A stretch of DNA of 64,000 bases from an uncultured Gammaproteobacteria bacterium (GTDB lineage: Bacteria; Pseudomonadota; Gammaproteobacteria; UBA6186; Azoamicaceae), in assembly GCA_963805795.1 (NCBI GenBank), contig CAWDVG010000001.1, positions 612,921 to 676,920 of the forward strand, written 5' to 3'. Below are positions 1 through 9,987 of this stretch, in pieces. Each line of letters begins with the position of its first letter. Within the stretch, counting starts at the first letter, position 1. The notes beneath the pieces are model-generated. The model saw nothing but the letters and a program-made list of their open reading frames with translations, was not told the origin of the DNA and did no database searches. The translations under genes were made by a program, and so were the position numbers.

Positions 1-1
1 T

Positions 2-208
2 CACACAGAGCTGCTACGAATAGATTATCCTCTAGGGCACAAGCGCAGAAGAAATGAGGCTTTAAAATTATTAAAAGACAAATTTCATTTGGCCGTTAGA
101 ACCCGGTATACGGGTTTACAAGCTGATAGAATAGAAGTTTTTTGGGATAAACCTGAAGATTGGTCAAACATGACAGTCAGTGAATTTATGGAAGTTTGGA
201 AAATTTAA
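2..208 (+). CDS. 3' end of an unidentified protein (gene starts upstream of the window)
   Basis: Open frame from the window edge encodes ...HTELLRIDYPLGHKRRRNEALKLLKDKF...VSEFMEVWKI and ends at TAA 206-208. I recognise no family. Confidence 0.35.
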   Translation, partial: HTELLRIDYPLGHKRRRNEALKLLKDKFHLAVRTRYTGLQADRIEVFWDKPEDWSNMTVSEFMEVWKI

Positions 209-342
209 TGGAGTAATCCTATGGGGCGCTGGCTAGGCTTTAGTTTGTCAAATATCAACAGCCCTTATTTTGGTGGCCACAAAGTTTTACTAAGTGTATA
301 TTCTAAAATTGAACTTATAGGTATAAATACCTGGAGACATCG

Positions 343-923
343 ATGAAATTGGAATCAATAAAATATTCGGAACTTAGTAGCGAATCAAATGAATGGAGGC
401 TAGATGAAGTTACGCTGGGTACAAATAACTTAATTGTTGGTAAAAATGCAACTGGGAAATCAAAAACACTAGCGGTAATAAATGATCTAGCAAAATTATT
501 ACGAGGAGATATTAAGCCAACAAACTTTTTTTCAGGTGATTTTGATTTCGAAGCTAAGTTTATAGATGAGGTTGAGAATAAGAAATATGAATACCTCCTT
601 ACAATAAAACAAAATTCAATATCAAAAGAAATCTTTATTGTTAATGGTAATAAATGGCTAGAGCGAACCGAAAATGGTACAGGGAAAATTTGGGCCAATT
701 GGGTATTGATGTAATAAAAGATGACCTCTCAAAAAGAAAAATGCCTTCAAAAGATTTAAGTGATATATATTGGCTTGAACATATTAATTACGATAAAAGC
801 AAATATATAATAGATAGAATTTTGTCTGCAATGGATTTCTCTAATCTGAAAAATACTGTACGTCAAAAATTTTCAGATTTACATCTTTTGTATGATGAAT
901 TAGAATTATTTTTTTCACTTTAG
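343..923 (+). pseudogene. Truncated, frameshifted AAA-type ATPase (AAA_15/AAA_21-like, defence/abortive-infection-type N-terminus)
   Basis: N-terminus MKLESIKYSEL...LIVGKNATGKSKTLAVI carries a Walker A motif (GxxxxGKS/T). The frame breaks near 700 and continues in ORF 654..923. Only about 195 codons remain, whereas such ATPases normally have more than 350. Confidence 0.55.
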
Positions 924-1197
924 TCTGGCTCCCACTTTTGTGGTGACACGACCCGGCATTTAGTGTAGAAGCGGCAGCCATGAGCAAACTATGTAAACTT
1001 CGAGAAGAGGATTTAAGAAATACCGTTGTCCACTTACACTCGCTCGAGTCGGCGCTTACTTTTCTCAATGATACCAAGACACCGCGAATTAAGTTTTAAC
1101 ATTTCGATGATTGAATTTATGGATAAATTAGTCAAATAATACATTAATATTGTGAAATCAATATTCAGTTTGTCTATGAAAAGCTTAGCGCAAACCT

Positions 1198-1593
1198 TTA
1201 TTTTTTGTTTGGGCAAACTAAGATATCTCTAATATCATTAATAAATTCCGGTGAAACTTCATTTTCTTTTTTCACCTCTTCTTTATTATTGATTTCATAA
1301 GAAAATGTTAAGGATTTATCATTCAGAATTGGCTCTCTGCTTGCTAAGGAATTAGAAAAACTTGGAACTTTTAAAGTATTGTCTGAGTTTTGATTATTTG
1401 CATCATCACTTTTCATATTATCCATATTTTTATTAATGTCATTATTTCCAGTATCGCTAATATTTTTGGAAAGCCCCACGCTTTGGCGTAGAAGATTAAT
1501 GTCTTCTTCAATTTTTTCTTTAATCGAAGTATTCAAAACCCCAGAATTTAGGTTTGAATCCTCTTTAATGGTTTTTTTGGAATCATCTGCCAC
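1198..1593 (-). CDS. Hypothetical low-complexity (N/K/D/S-rich) protein
   Basis: 131-codon ORF with a GTG start preceded by GAGGA. No recognisable domain and no signal peptide. Confidence 0.4.
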   Translation of the reverse strand: MADDSKKTIKEDSNLNSGVLNTSIKEKIEEDINLLRQSVGLSKNISDTGNNDINKNMDNMKSDDANNQNSDNTLKVPSFSNSLASREPILNDKSLTFSYEINNKEEVKKENEVSPEFINDIRDILVCPNKK

Positions 1594-1745
1594 TCACCAA
1601 AGTCCTCTTTATTGATATGAATTACAAAATAGGACCTAGTTTTAAATTAAAAGTTCCAATATATCCAAACGGTCATATAATAAAATAAGTAGTTTCAAAC
1701 GCGTGTAGCCACAAACAATTATTTATGTGATTATGTTGTGGGAAC

Positions 1746-1837
1746 CCTGGGACCGGTTCGCATTGTGTTGGTGTGACCTTTAGTCTCAGGTCAATGAGAC
1801 TAAAGGTCACACCAACACAATGCGAACCGGTCCCAGG
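1746..1837. repeat. Perfect inverted repeat: 42-bp arms around an 8-nt loop
   Basis: Left arm cctgggaccggttcgcattgtgttggtgtgacctttagtctc (1746-1787) is the exact reverse complement of 1796-1837. The loop is aggtcaat. It lies 30 bp upstream of the ppsA start, between divergent genes. Confidence 0.95.
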
Positions 1838-1867
1838 CTTGTGTTATAAGGGTGGAGGTTAATATAT

Positions 1868-4284
1868 ATGCTAGATATCATGGAACCTAACTTAAGACAA
1901 GATTATATTCTTTGGTTTAAAGATATCACAATGAATGATGTGAATAGCGTGGGTGGTAAAAATGCCTCGTTAGGGGAAATGATTTCACAATTGTCCCATC
2001 TGAATATTAAAGTTCCCTTAGGATTTGCTATTACCGCAGATGCCTATCGGGAATTTTTGAAACAAAACAACCTGCAAGCTTCCATTACTAAATGTTTAGA
2101 AGATTTAAACGCAGAAGATCTGATAGCATTAAAACAAACTTCGGCAGATATTAAAGCGTTAATCTTAGAAAAGCCTTTCCCACCCAATATTGAACATGCC
2201 ATTCGATCTGCTTTTGAAACTTTTTCATTGCAAATGGGTAAAGATGGCACAGTAGCAGTGCGTTCCTCTGCAACTGCTGAAGATTCTCCAGAAGCCTCGT
2301 TTGCTGGGCAACAAGAAACCTATTTAAATGTGACAGGTATTGAAAATGTATTGATTATGGTGAAGCAAGTATATGCCTCGCTTTTTAACGAAAGAGCGAT
2401 CAATTATCGTATGCATTATGGATATTCAAATGCTGATACCGCCATCTCTGTTGGGATCCAAAAAATGTTGCGTAGTGACTGTGGTGCCAGTGGGGTGATG
2501 TTTACATTAGATACAGAATCGGGTTTCGATAAAGTCATATTAATTAATGCCAGCTATGGCCTAGGCGAACTGTTGGTTCAGGGTTCGGTTAATCCCGATG
2601 AATTTTATGTTTATAAAGAAGCTTTGAAAGACAATAAAAACGCCGTCATTCATAAGCGTTTAGGGAGCAAACAATTTAAAATGGTCTATGCAGAAGGACA
2701 AGCAAGACAAAAAGGACAAGATGAACAATTTCAAACCGTTAAGATAGTGCCTGTCCCAGAAGCCTTGCAAAAACAATTTGTTTTAAGTGAAGCAGAATTA
2801 GAATTTCTAGCAAAACAAGCCATGCTGATTGAAAAGCATTATGGTTGCCCTATGGATATTGAATGGGCCAAAGATGGTCTCGATGGCGAACTTTATATTT
2901 TACAAGCTCGTCCAGAAACTGTTAAGAGTCGTGCAACATTGCCTTACGCTTTGAAATATATGAGTTAAAAAATAGGGGTTCGATTCTGGTGCAGGGTCGA
3001 AGTATTGGCCAAAGAATCGATCATGGTATAGCAAAAGTTGTGACTACCGTGGATGACCTTCATACAATTGAAGCAGGAGAAGTGTTAGTAACTGATATGA
3101 CAGATCCCGATTGGGAACCCATTATGAAACGCGCAGCTGCTATTGTCACCAATCGAGGCGGGAGAACCTGTCATGCCGCTATCATAGCACGTGAAATTGG
3201 TATTCCTGCGGTGGTGGGCTGCAATACGGCAACAGAATATATTAAAACAGGACAAGAAGTGACTGTTTCATGTGCGGAAGGAGATACGGGTTTTATTTAT
3301 TCAGGAAAATTGGATTATGATATTAAGCACTTCGATTTAGAAAAACTCCCAACACTTCCTGTGAAGATAATGATGAATATCGCAAACCCCGAGCGTGCTT
3401 TTGATTTTCAACGTTTACCCAATGCGGGTATTGGTCTTGCTCGCTTAGAATTTATGATTGCACAAAATATTGGGATTCATCCTAGTGCTTGTTTGAATTT
3501 TCAAAATTTAGCTCCCGATTTACAAAAAATAATAAAAGATCGTATTGTGGGTTACGAATCACCCATAGCATTTTATATTGAATAAACTGACGGAAGGTAT
3601 TGCTACTTTGGCTGCAGCATTTTAGCCAAAACCAGTGATTGTACGTTTATCGGATTTCAAATCAAATGAATATGCTAACCTTTTGGGCGGTAAGGAATTT
3701 GAGCCAAAAGAAGAAAATCCGATGTTGGGATTTCGAGGTGCATCTCGATATATTGCTCCTGCTTTTAAAGCTTGCTTTCATTTAGAATGTGAGGCGCTTC
3801 GAAAGGTTCGAGATCAAATGGATTAACGAATGTGGAAATTATGATTCCATTTGTTAGAACGCCTGAAGAAGCCAAAGCAGTCATCGATGCATTAGCAGAA
3901 CAAGGCTTAAAACGGGGAGAAAATGGTTTGCGGATTATTATGATGTGTGAAATTCCAACAAATGCAATCCTAGCCGCAGATTTTTTACAATATTTTGATG
4001 GCTTTTCTATTGGTTCCAATGATTTAACCCAATTAACATTAGGTTTAGATCGCGATTCAGGTTTAGTTTCGCGTCATTTTGATGAACGAGATCCAGCGGT
4101 TAAAGAGCTTATTCAACAGGCTATTGTCGCTTGTAAAGCTGCAGGTAAAACCATAGGCATTTGCGGCCAAGCACCTTCAGATTATCCTGATTTTGCCCTA
4201 TGGTTAATGGAGCAAGGAGTAGATAGTATGTCCCTAAATCCCGATTCTGTGATTGCGACCTGGATGAAGTTGGGCGGCCATTAG
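1868..4284 (+). pseudogene. ppsA: Phosphoenolpyruvate synthase, disrupted
   Basis: Four consecutive ORF pieces (1868..2968, 2989..3585, 3635..3826, 3832..4284) together cover a full-length PpsA. They include VGGKNASLGEM, the phospho-His region GGRTCHAAIIAREIGIPAVVG and the C-terminal [10 protein letters not shown]. There are frame changes near 2940, 3586 and 3818, and an in-frame TAG at 3623-3625. Confidence 0.85.
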
Positions 4285-4305
4285 AGATGAGAGGCCCCTT
4301 AAAAA

Positions 4306-4321
4306 CTGGACAACAGAACAG
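4306..4321. promoter_or_regulatory. SOS-box-like site (CTGG-N8-ACAG) in the lexA promoter region
   Basis: ctggacaacagaacag lies 48 bp upstream of the lexA ATG. It has one mismatch to the gammaproteobacterial LexA box CTGT-N8-ACAG. Confidence 0.45.
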
Positions 4322-4368
4322 TCTTATGTTACTATTTGTCTTGTTTAACTACCTTTTTAGGGTGAACT

Positions 4369-4926
4369 ATGAGCAAACTTACTAAGCGACAGCAGGAAAT
4401 TTTGAATCTTATCCAATCTCATATCAGGGCCACAGGTTCCCCACCCACCCGAGCGGAAATCGCCAAAACCATGGGTTTTCGTTCGCCCAATGCCGCTGAA
4501 GATCATCTTCGTGCCCTAGCCCGAAAAGGGGCTATCGAATTGGTGCCCGGTACCTCTAGGGGTATCCGCATGGCTCAAAGTGCCGGAATACCTATTGTGA
4601 GTAAAATTCAAGGAAAAACGGCTGTTCTCGCGGAAGAAAATATCATGGGAACTGTTTCTCGTTTAGATAGAAACCTATTTCACCCGCAGATAGATTTTTT
4701 ATACCGTGTGTCTGGCAATCCACAGCAATCTCAAGGAATAGTAAATGGTGATTATCTCGCCATACATCAAACCCATGACCTCAAACCCAATCAGTTAGCT
4801 TTGCTTAGAATCAATAATGAATTGACTATACGTTCTTACAGCCCAGAGGTGCAATCTCAACATCCTATTGTGGAGGGGCTGGTTGTTGGTGTAATTAGAA
4901 GTCTTTCGAATATACAACTGTCTTAG
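4369..4926 (+). CDS. lexA: LexA-family repressor with a degenerate autocleavage domain
   Basis: The N-terminal wHTH is almost identical to E. coli LexA (PPTRAEIA...GFRSPNAAEDHLRALARKGAIE). The C-terminal domain aligns (FLYRVSG...GDYLAIH...VEGLVVGVIR), but the Ala-Gly cleavage site, catalytic Ser (GNPQ instead of GMSM) and Lys (LTIRS instead of VTVKR) are all replaced. Confidence 0.85.
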   Translation: MSKLTKRQQEILNLIQSHIRATGSPPTRAEIAKTMGFRSPNAAEDHLRALARKGAIELVPGTSRGIRMAQSAGIPIVSKIQGKTAVLAEENIMGTVSRLDRNLFHPQIDFLYRVSGNPQQSQGIVNGDYLAIHQTHDLKPNQLALLRINNELTIRSYSPEVQSQHPIVEGLVVGVIRSLSNIQLS

Positions 4927-5033
4927 GGAGAATGGTCTACACATTTCTTAGGGCGAGACTGGGGCTTATCCCTGGTAGGCGCTACACCATCAAAATACAA
5001 TGATTTTTTATCGCGAACCTAATATAATAGGTT

Positions 5034-6194
5034 ATGAATAATAGTCGTAAAACCATTATTGTCGGAATGTCTGGAGGGGTAGATTCCTCTGTTGCAGCCT
5101 TGTTGTTAAAACAACAAGGTTATGCTGTTGAAGGCCTTTTTATGAAAAATTGGGAAGAGGATGATGATACACTAAGCGGCAATTCATGCTCTGCGTCAGA
5201 AGACTTGGCGGTAGCAGAAGCCGTTTGTGACAAACTAGATATTCCCTTACATACGGTTAATTTTGCAAAACAATATTGGGATTCGGTTTTTGAAGATTTT
5301 CTGCAAGAGTTACGTTTAGGACGAACGCCTAATCCAGACATATTGTGTAATAGAGAAATTAAATTTAAGGCCTTTTTAGACTATGCCCTGAGTTTAGGTG
5401 CAGATGCTATTGCGACCGGACATTATGTGAAGCGCTCCAATGAAGCTTGTAAAGACTCCATTAATAATAAAAATCAGCAACACAGTCCCTATCAATTGCT
5501 AAAAGCAAAAGATGATAATAAAGATCAAAGCTATTTTCTGTACACGATAACTCAAAAAGCCTTACAACATTCAATATTTCCTTTGGCGGATCTATTAAAA
5601 ACAGAAGTGCGTCAATTGGCTGAAGCTTATGGGTTACCCAATTATCAAAAAAAAGACAGTACCGGAATTTGTTTTATTGGCGAAAGACCCTTTAGAACTT
5701 TTTTAAGTCGATATTTTAAAGATGAACCAGGCCCCATTTTGACTCCAGAAAAGCAAATGGTGGGAGAACATCATGGCTTAATGTACTACACGCTGGGGCA
5801 ACGACAAGGCTTAGGAATTGGCGGAAAAAGCAGGGCTCTTGACGCGCCTTGGTATGTCGTTGGAAAAGATCAAATGCAAAATGCCTTAATTGTGGCGCAG
5901 GGTGAACATCCTTTACTGTATCGAAACGAATTAGAAGCTACCGCTTGTCATTGGATACAAGGACCGCCCCATGTGTCTGAATTTCATTGCCAAGCAAAAA
6001 TTCGTTATCGCCAAGCCGATCAAAATTGTTTAGTCAAATTCAGTAAGTCGACCCTTGATTCAGATAACATCAATATGGACTGTAATATGAGCTGTGAGGT
6101 ATTTTTCCAAAAACCCCAACGTGCTATTACTTCCGGACAATCTGTCGTTTTTTATGACAATAACATATGTTTAGGCGGAGGTATTATTAAATGA
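5034..6194 (+). CDS. mnmA: tRNA 2-thiouridine(34) synthase
   Basis: PP-loop motif [13 protein letters not shown], then [12 protein letters not shown] and the rest of the MnmA/TrmU pattern. The hflD gene follows, as in E. coli. Confidence 0.9.
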   Translation: MNNSRKTIIVGMSGGVDSSVAALLLKQQGYAVEGLFMKNWEEDDDTLSGNSCSASEDLAVAEAVCDKLDIPLHTVNFAKQYWDSVFEDFLQELRLGRTPNPDILCNREIKFKAFLDYALSLGADAIATGHYVKRSNEACKDSINNKNQQHSPYQLLKAKDDNKDQSYFLYTITQKALQHSIFPLADLLKTEVRQLAEAYGLPNYQKKDSTGICFIGERPFRTFLSRYFKDEPGPILTPEKQMVGEHHGLMYYTLGQRQGLGIGGKSRALDAPWYVVGKDQMQNALIVAQGEHPLLYRNELEATACHWIQGPPHVSEFHCQAKIRYRQADQNCLVKFSKSTLDSDNINMDCNMSCEVFFQKPQRAITSGQSVVFYDNNICLGGGIIK

Positions 6195-6841
6195 ATGATA
6201 GAATAAAAGAAAAAACATTAGCTTTAGCAGGCGTATTTCAAACAGCGGCTTTAGTCAAGCAATTAGCCAGAAATGGTCGGATGATCGAACCTTTTTTCAC
6301 GCATAGCATTGATAGCCTTTTCAAAACCGACGCAGAAAATGTGCCCGAAGTATATGGGGGTGTAGAACAGGTTCGTTTAGGACTTGAAGAATTGATTCGC
6401 TTGTTTAATCGAGAAAATTCAAAAACACCTAAAGAAGGTGACATTGCTCGTTATGTTCTTTCTTTGTTGCATTTGGAACGTAAATTAGCCAAAGATCCAT
6501 CTAAGCTTACTGCTATCCAAACAGGAATTGCGCGCGCCAAAAATCAAGCAGCCATTTATACCACAACCCACGAAAATGTCATTGCAAATTTAGCCTCTAT
6601 TTACACCGATACCATAGGCAGCTATAAATTTCGTATTTATGTTGCGGGTGAACCCGTCTATCTTAACCAAAATTATATATTACATAAAATTAGAGCATTA
6701 CTTTTTGCAGGTATTCGATCCGCAGTGCTTTGGCGTCAAATGGGTGGAGGTCGTTGGCAATTGCTTATTTCAAGAACAAAAATAATACAGACTGCAGCGC
6801 AATACCTTGAAGCTATTAAGGAAATAGAACTGACGCATTAA
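6191..6841 (+). CDS. hflD: High-frequency-of-lysogenization protein HflD homologue
   Basis: [20 protein letters not shown]... and [25 protein letters not shown] match E. coli HflD along the whole length. The start overlaps the mnmA stop (ATGA). Confidence 0.85.
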   Translation: MNDRIKEKTLALAGVFQTAALVKQLARNGRMIEPFFTHSIDSLFKTDAENVPEVYGGVEQVRLGLEELIRLFNRENSKTPKEGDIARYVLSLLHLERKLAKDPSKLTAIQTGIARAKNQAAIYTTTHENVIANLASIYTDTIGSYKFRIYVAGEPVYLNQNYILHKIRALLFAGIRSAVLWRQMGGGRWQLLISRTKIIQTAAQYLEAIKEIELTH

Positions 6842-6894
6842 AAGAGGACATGAATAAAAAGAAAACGTGATTTCTTATTCTTTTACTTAGTCTC

Positions 6895-7215
6895 TTATTC
6901 TAAAGAATCTAGGGGGTTGCTGTTTTTATCCAAAGGATGGTGATGCGGTTCATCATCCGTTAAATCGGAAAATTCATCTTTATCTACTTCGTAGGGGCCG
7001 GTCCAATCTTTAGGTGCGGAAATCGATACGACTTGCATATTATACCATTCATCCAAGTCTAATTCTTCGACTTCACCATCAAAATATTGAATTTCTATTG
7101 TTCCAGAATGACCATCCTCGGTCCCAACATCACTCGCAACAATCTCAAATTGCAGTGAATGCTCTATATCCCAATACCAGCTCCCAACTATGGGAGCCTC
7201 ATGTACACGTATCAT
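6895..7215 (-). CDS. Small acidic conserved hypothetical protein
   Basis: 106-codon ORF with the pattern VGSWYWD...FEIVA...GTIEIQYFDGEVEELDLDEWY. This resembles a small acidic gammaproteobacterial protein family that I cannot name with certainty. Confidence 0.5.
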   Translation of the reverse strand: MIRVHEAPIVGSWYWDIEHSLQFEIVASDVGTEDGHSGTIEIQYFDGEVEELDLDEWYNMQVVSISAPKDWTGPYEVDKDEFSDLTDDEPHHHPLDKNSNPLDSLE

Positions 7216-7398
7216 TTATTCCTACTCCAAAAATTTCATGAATATATTAACTCTTATACCCTTATAATAGTTATTTTACCAACAAATTTATGTGACGGGT
7301 ATAAAAAGATGTATAAAACTAGTAAAAATTGTTATGTTAGGTGTACTATCAATAATGTAGATATATATTATAAAAACGGGAACCACTATTTCCCTACG

Positions 7399-7452
7399 TT
7401 GAACGGGAAGGCTTGTGCAGACCTCCCCCTTTAAAGGGGAGGTAAGCAAGCC
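7399..7452. repeat. Dispersed small repeat, family 1 (full copy with nested hairpin)
   Basis: ttgaacgggaaggcttgtgcag is followed by a nested inverted repeat, GGCTTG..CCTCCCC tttaaa GGGGAGG..CAAGCC. The 5' part recurs at 46618-46650. Confidence 0.7.
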
Positions 7453-7477
7453 AATAAAAAAAGTAGTTTTCTCTACC

Positions 7478-7507
7478 GAGAAGAATCTCCCGACTACCTA
7501 TTGGGAG
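7478..7507. repeat. Dispersed small repeat, family 2 (copy 1)
   Basis: gagaagaatctcccgactacctattgggag shares GAAGAATCT..CCCGACTA..GGGAG with the reverse complement of 24664-24698. Confidence 0.6.
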
Positions 7508-7543
7508 TTCTTCAAAAAATAGTATGGCGTATGAAAGGAGCAG

Positions 7544-9971
7544 ATGATGGTAATTTGGGTCCAAGGATTAGCGGCATGGTTGGCAGTCTTTGGTCTTGCC
7601 TACTTTCGAGCGCCTATCATTGCTTGGTCATTGGCAATATTAGGCAGTTTATTCGCTTTAGAATGGATGATAGGACCTCCCATTCTTCTGAGTATTTTTC
7701 TTTGGGTAACTGCAATTGCTTTTATAATTCTCTTTAATGTAACAAAATTCCGGCAGCATTATTTTTCCGCCCCTTGCTATCGTTGGTTTCAGTCTGTGCT
7801 ACCCCCCATGAGTGCCACTGAACGAGATGCCATTGATGCGGGTGATATCGCTTTTGAAGCAGAGTTGTTTCAGGGCTCACCCCAATGGAAAAAACTTTTT
7901 AATGAGCCTAAACCCAAACTCAGCGAAGAGGAATTAGAATTTTTAGAAACTAAAGTAAATACGCTTTGCGAAATGCTAGATGATTGGTCTATCACAAATC
8001 AATACTTAGACTTGCCAGAAGAAGCATGGGAGTTTCTAAAAAAAGAAAAGTTTTTTGGACTCATTATCCCAAAAGAATATGGTGGCTTAGGATTTTCTGC
8101 TCTTGCCAATTCTACCATTGTGCAAAAAATTGCCACTCGATGTTTATCAGCTGCCGTCACTTGCATGGTTCCTAATTCTTTAGGACCAGGAGAACTATTA
8201 TTGGAATATGGTACCGAGGCTCAGAAAGCCTATTATCTTCCGAGATTAGCTTTTGGTGAAGAAATTCCTTGTTTTGCTTTAACAGGACCAGAAGTGGGCA
8301 GCGATGCGACCTCTATCCCGGATACGGCAGTTGTTTGTAGAGGTAGCTTTGCAGGAAAAGAAATGCTCGGGCTTCGATTAAATTGGGATAAACGTTACAT
8401 TACCTTAGCACCTGTGGCAACTCTACTTGGGCTTGCAGTCAAAATGAGTGATCCCGATGGTTTATTGGGGAACAAAAAAAATATAGGCATCACACTTTGC
8501 CTGCTGCCGACGGATATTCACGGAATTGAAATTGGTAAACGTCATTTCCCTTCCAATCAGGGTTTTATGAATGGGCCCACTCGAGGTAAAGATGTTTTTG
8601 TGCCACTGGATTTTATTATTGGCGGCAAAGAAAAGGCCGGCCAGGGTTGGCATATGATGGTGGAAAGATTATCTGCCGGTAGAGGCATTTCTCTACCTGC
8701 TTTAAGTACGGCTCTTGCTAAGCATTGCTACCGTACAACGGGCGCTTATGCTCGTATCCGAAAACAATTCCATACTTCCATTGGTCGTTTTAAAGGTGTT
8801 GAGGCAGCCTTGGGAAGAATTGCAGGATATACATATATATTAGAAGCAACACGCTTGTTAACCTTAACGTTTCTTGATCAAAAATTAAGTCCTGGGGTGG
8901 CCACTGCCATTTCAAAATATCATATGACCTCTCTTTCCAGAACCATTGTAAATGATGCAATGGACATTCATGGAGGAAAAGGGATTATGTTAGGACCGAA
9001 TAATTATTTGGGTCGTGCTTATCAAAGTGTCCCCATCAGTATAACAGTAGAGGGGGCCAATATCTTAACGAGAAGTTTAATGATTTTTGGCCAAGGCGTT
9101 ATACGCTGTCATCCTTATCTTCGCGATGAAATGAAGGCTTTAAACCAAAAAGATCAGGAGCTAGGTTTAAAAGTTTTTGATCAAATATTAGGACAACATA
9201 TTTCCTATACTTTATCCAATTTTGCTAGACTTATTTTTCATTCTTTTACAGCTGGGTTTTTTGCGGCTTCTTATCCATTGCAAGCATTGAAAGGTCCTAT
9301 TCGACAATTATCACGGATGAGCCTTGCACTTGCTTTTGTTTCTGATGTGGCTTTGTTTATTATGGGTGGCAAATTAAAACGCAGTGAGCGGCTTTCGGCA
9401 AGGCTTGGAGATGTATTAAGTTATTTATATTTGGCCTCTGCGGTATTAAAATATTATCAGGATTCCGGTGAACAAAAATGGGATATTCCCTATGCTAACT
9501 GGGCTTTGCAAACCTGTTTATATCGCATCCAAAATGCATTTTTCAAGATTTTTTCAAAACTTTAAGCCCAGAAGCTTAAGTTTGCTTTTACGTTTTCTAA
9601 TTTTTCCTTTCGGGCGGCCCTATAGTCGACCTCACGATAAGTTAGACCATATCCTAGCGCAAAATATGATGCATCCTTCTGAATTTAGAGATAGACTAAC
9701 ATTATATTGCTATCACGGAAACCAAGATAAAGATGCGAGTGCTATTTTAGATTCTGCATTATTAGCCATGTGCCATGCTGAACCTCTATTAAACAAAATG
9801 GAAGCAGCTCAAAAAGCAGGTCTGCTTTCCAAAGATCTAAGTTTCGAGGTTACTGTTCAGGGAGCGCTTCGACAGGCTATTTTGAATGAAACTGAGGCAG
9901 CCTCCTTGCTGGAATTTGAAAAGTTACGGAAAAAAGTGATTGCCGTGGATGAATTTGAATCGATGAACTAG
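7544..9971 (+). pseudogene. fadE: Acyl-CoA dehydrogenase FadE, interrupted by one frameshift near the 3' end
   Basis: ORF 7544..9565 aligns end to end with E. coli FadE (membrane N-terminus, PNSLGPGELL, ITVEGANILTRS). The last roughly 140 residues (FFQNFKPRS...DKLDHILAQ...VDEFES) continue in ORF 9468..9971. The frame switch lies within 9536-9565, a stretch containing T5 and T6 runs. Confidence 0.8.
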
Positions 9972-9987
9972 GAGCGGAACGATAAAC

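Noticed and set aside
924-1080. A locally GC-richer segment with a 39-codon ORF (MSKLCKLREEDLRN...) could be an IS or transposase remnant.
   Set aside because: There is no recognisable transposase motif, no terminal inverted repeats and no direct repeats. It is left unannotated.
2970-2992. The motif ggttcgattc resembles a tRNA T-arm.
   Set aside because: It lies inside the ppsA reading frame (…NRGSILVQGR…). No acceptor, D or anticodon arms can be drawn around it. No tRNA was found anywhere in the window.
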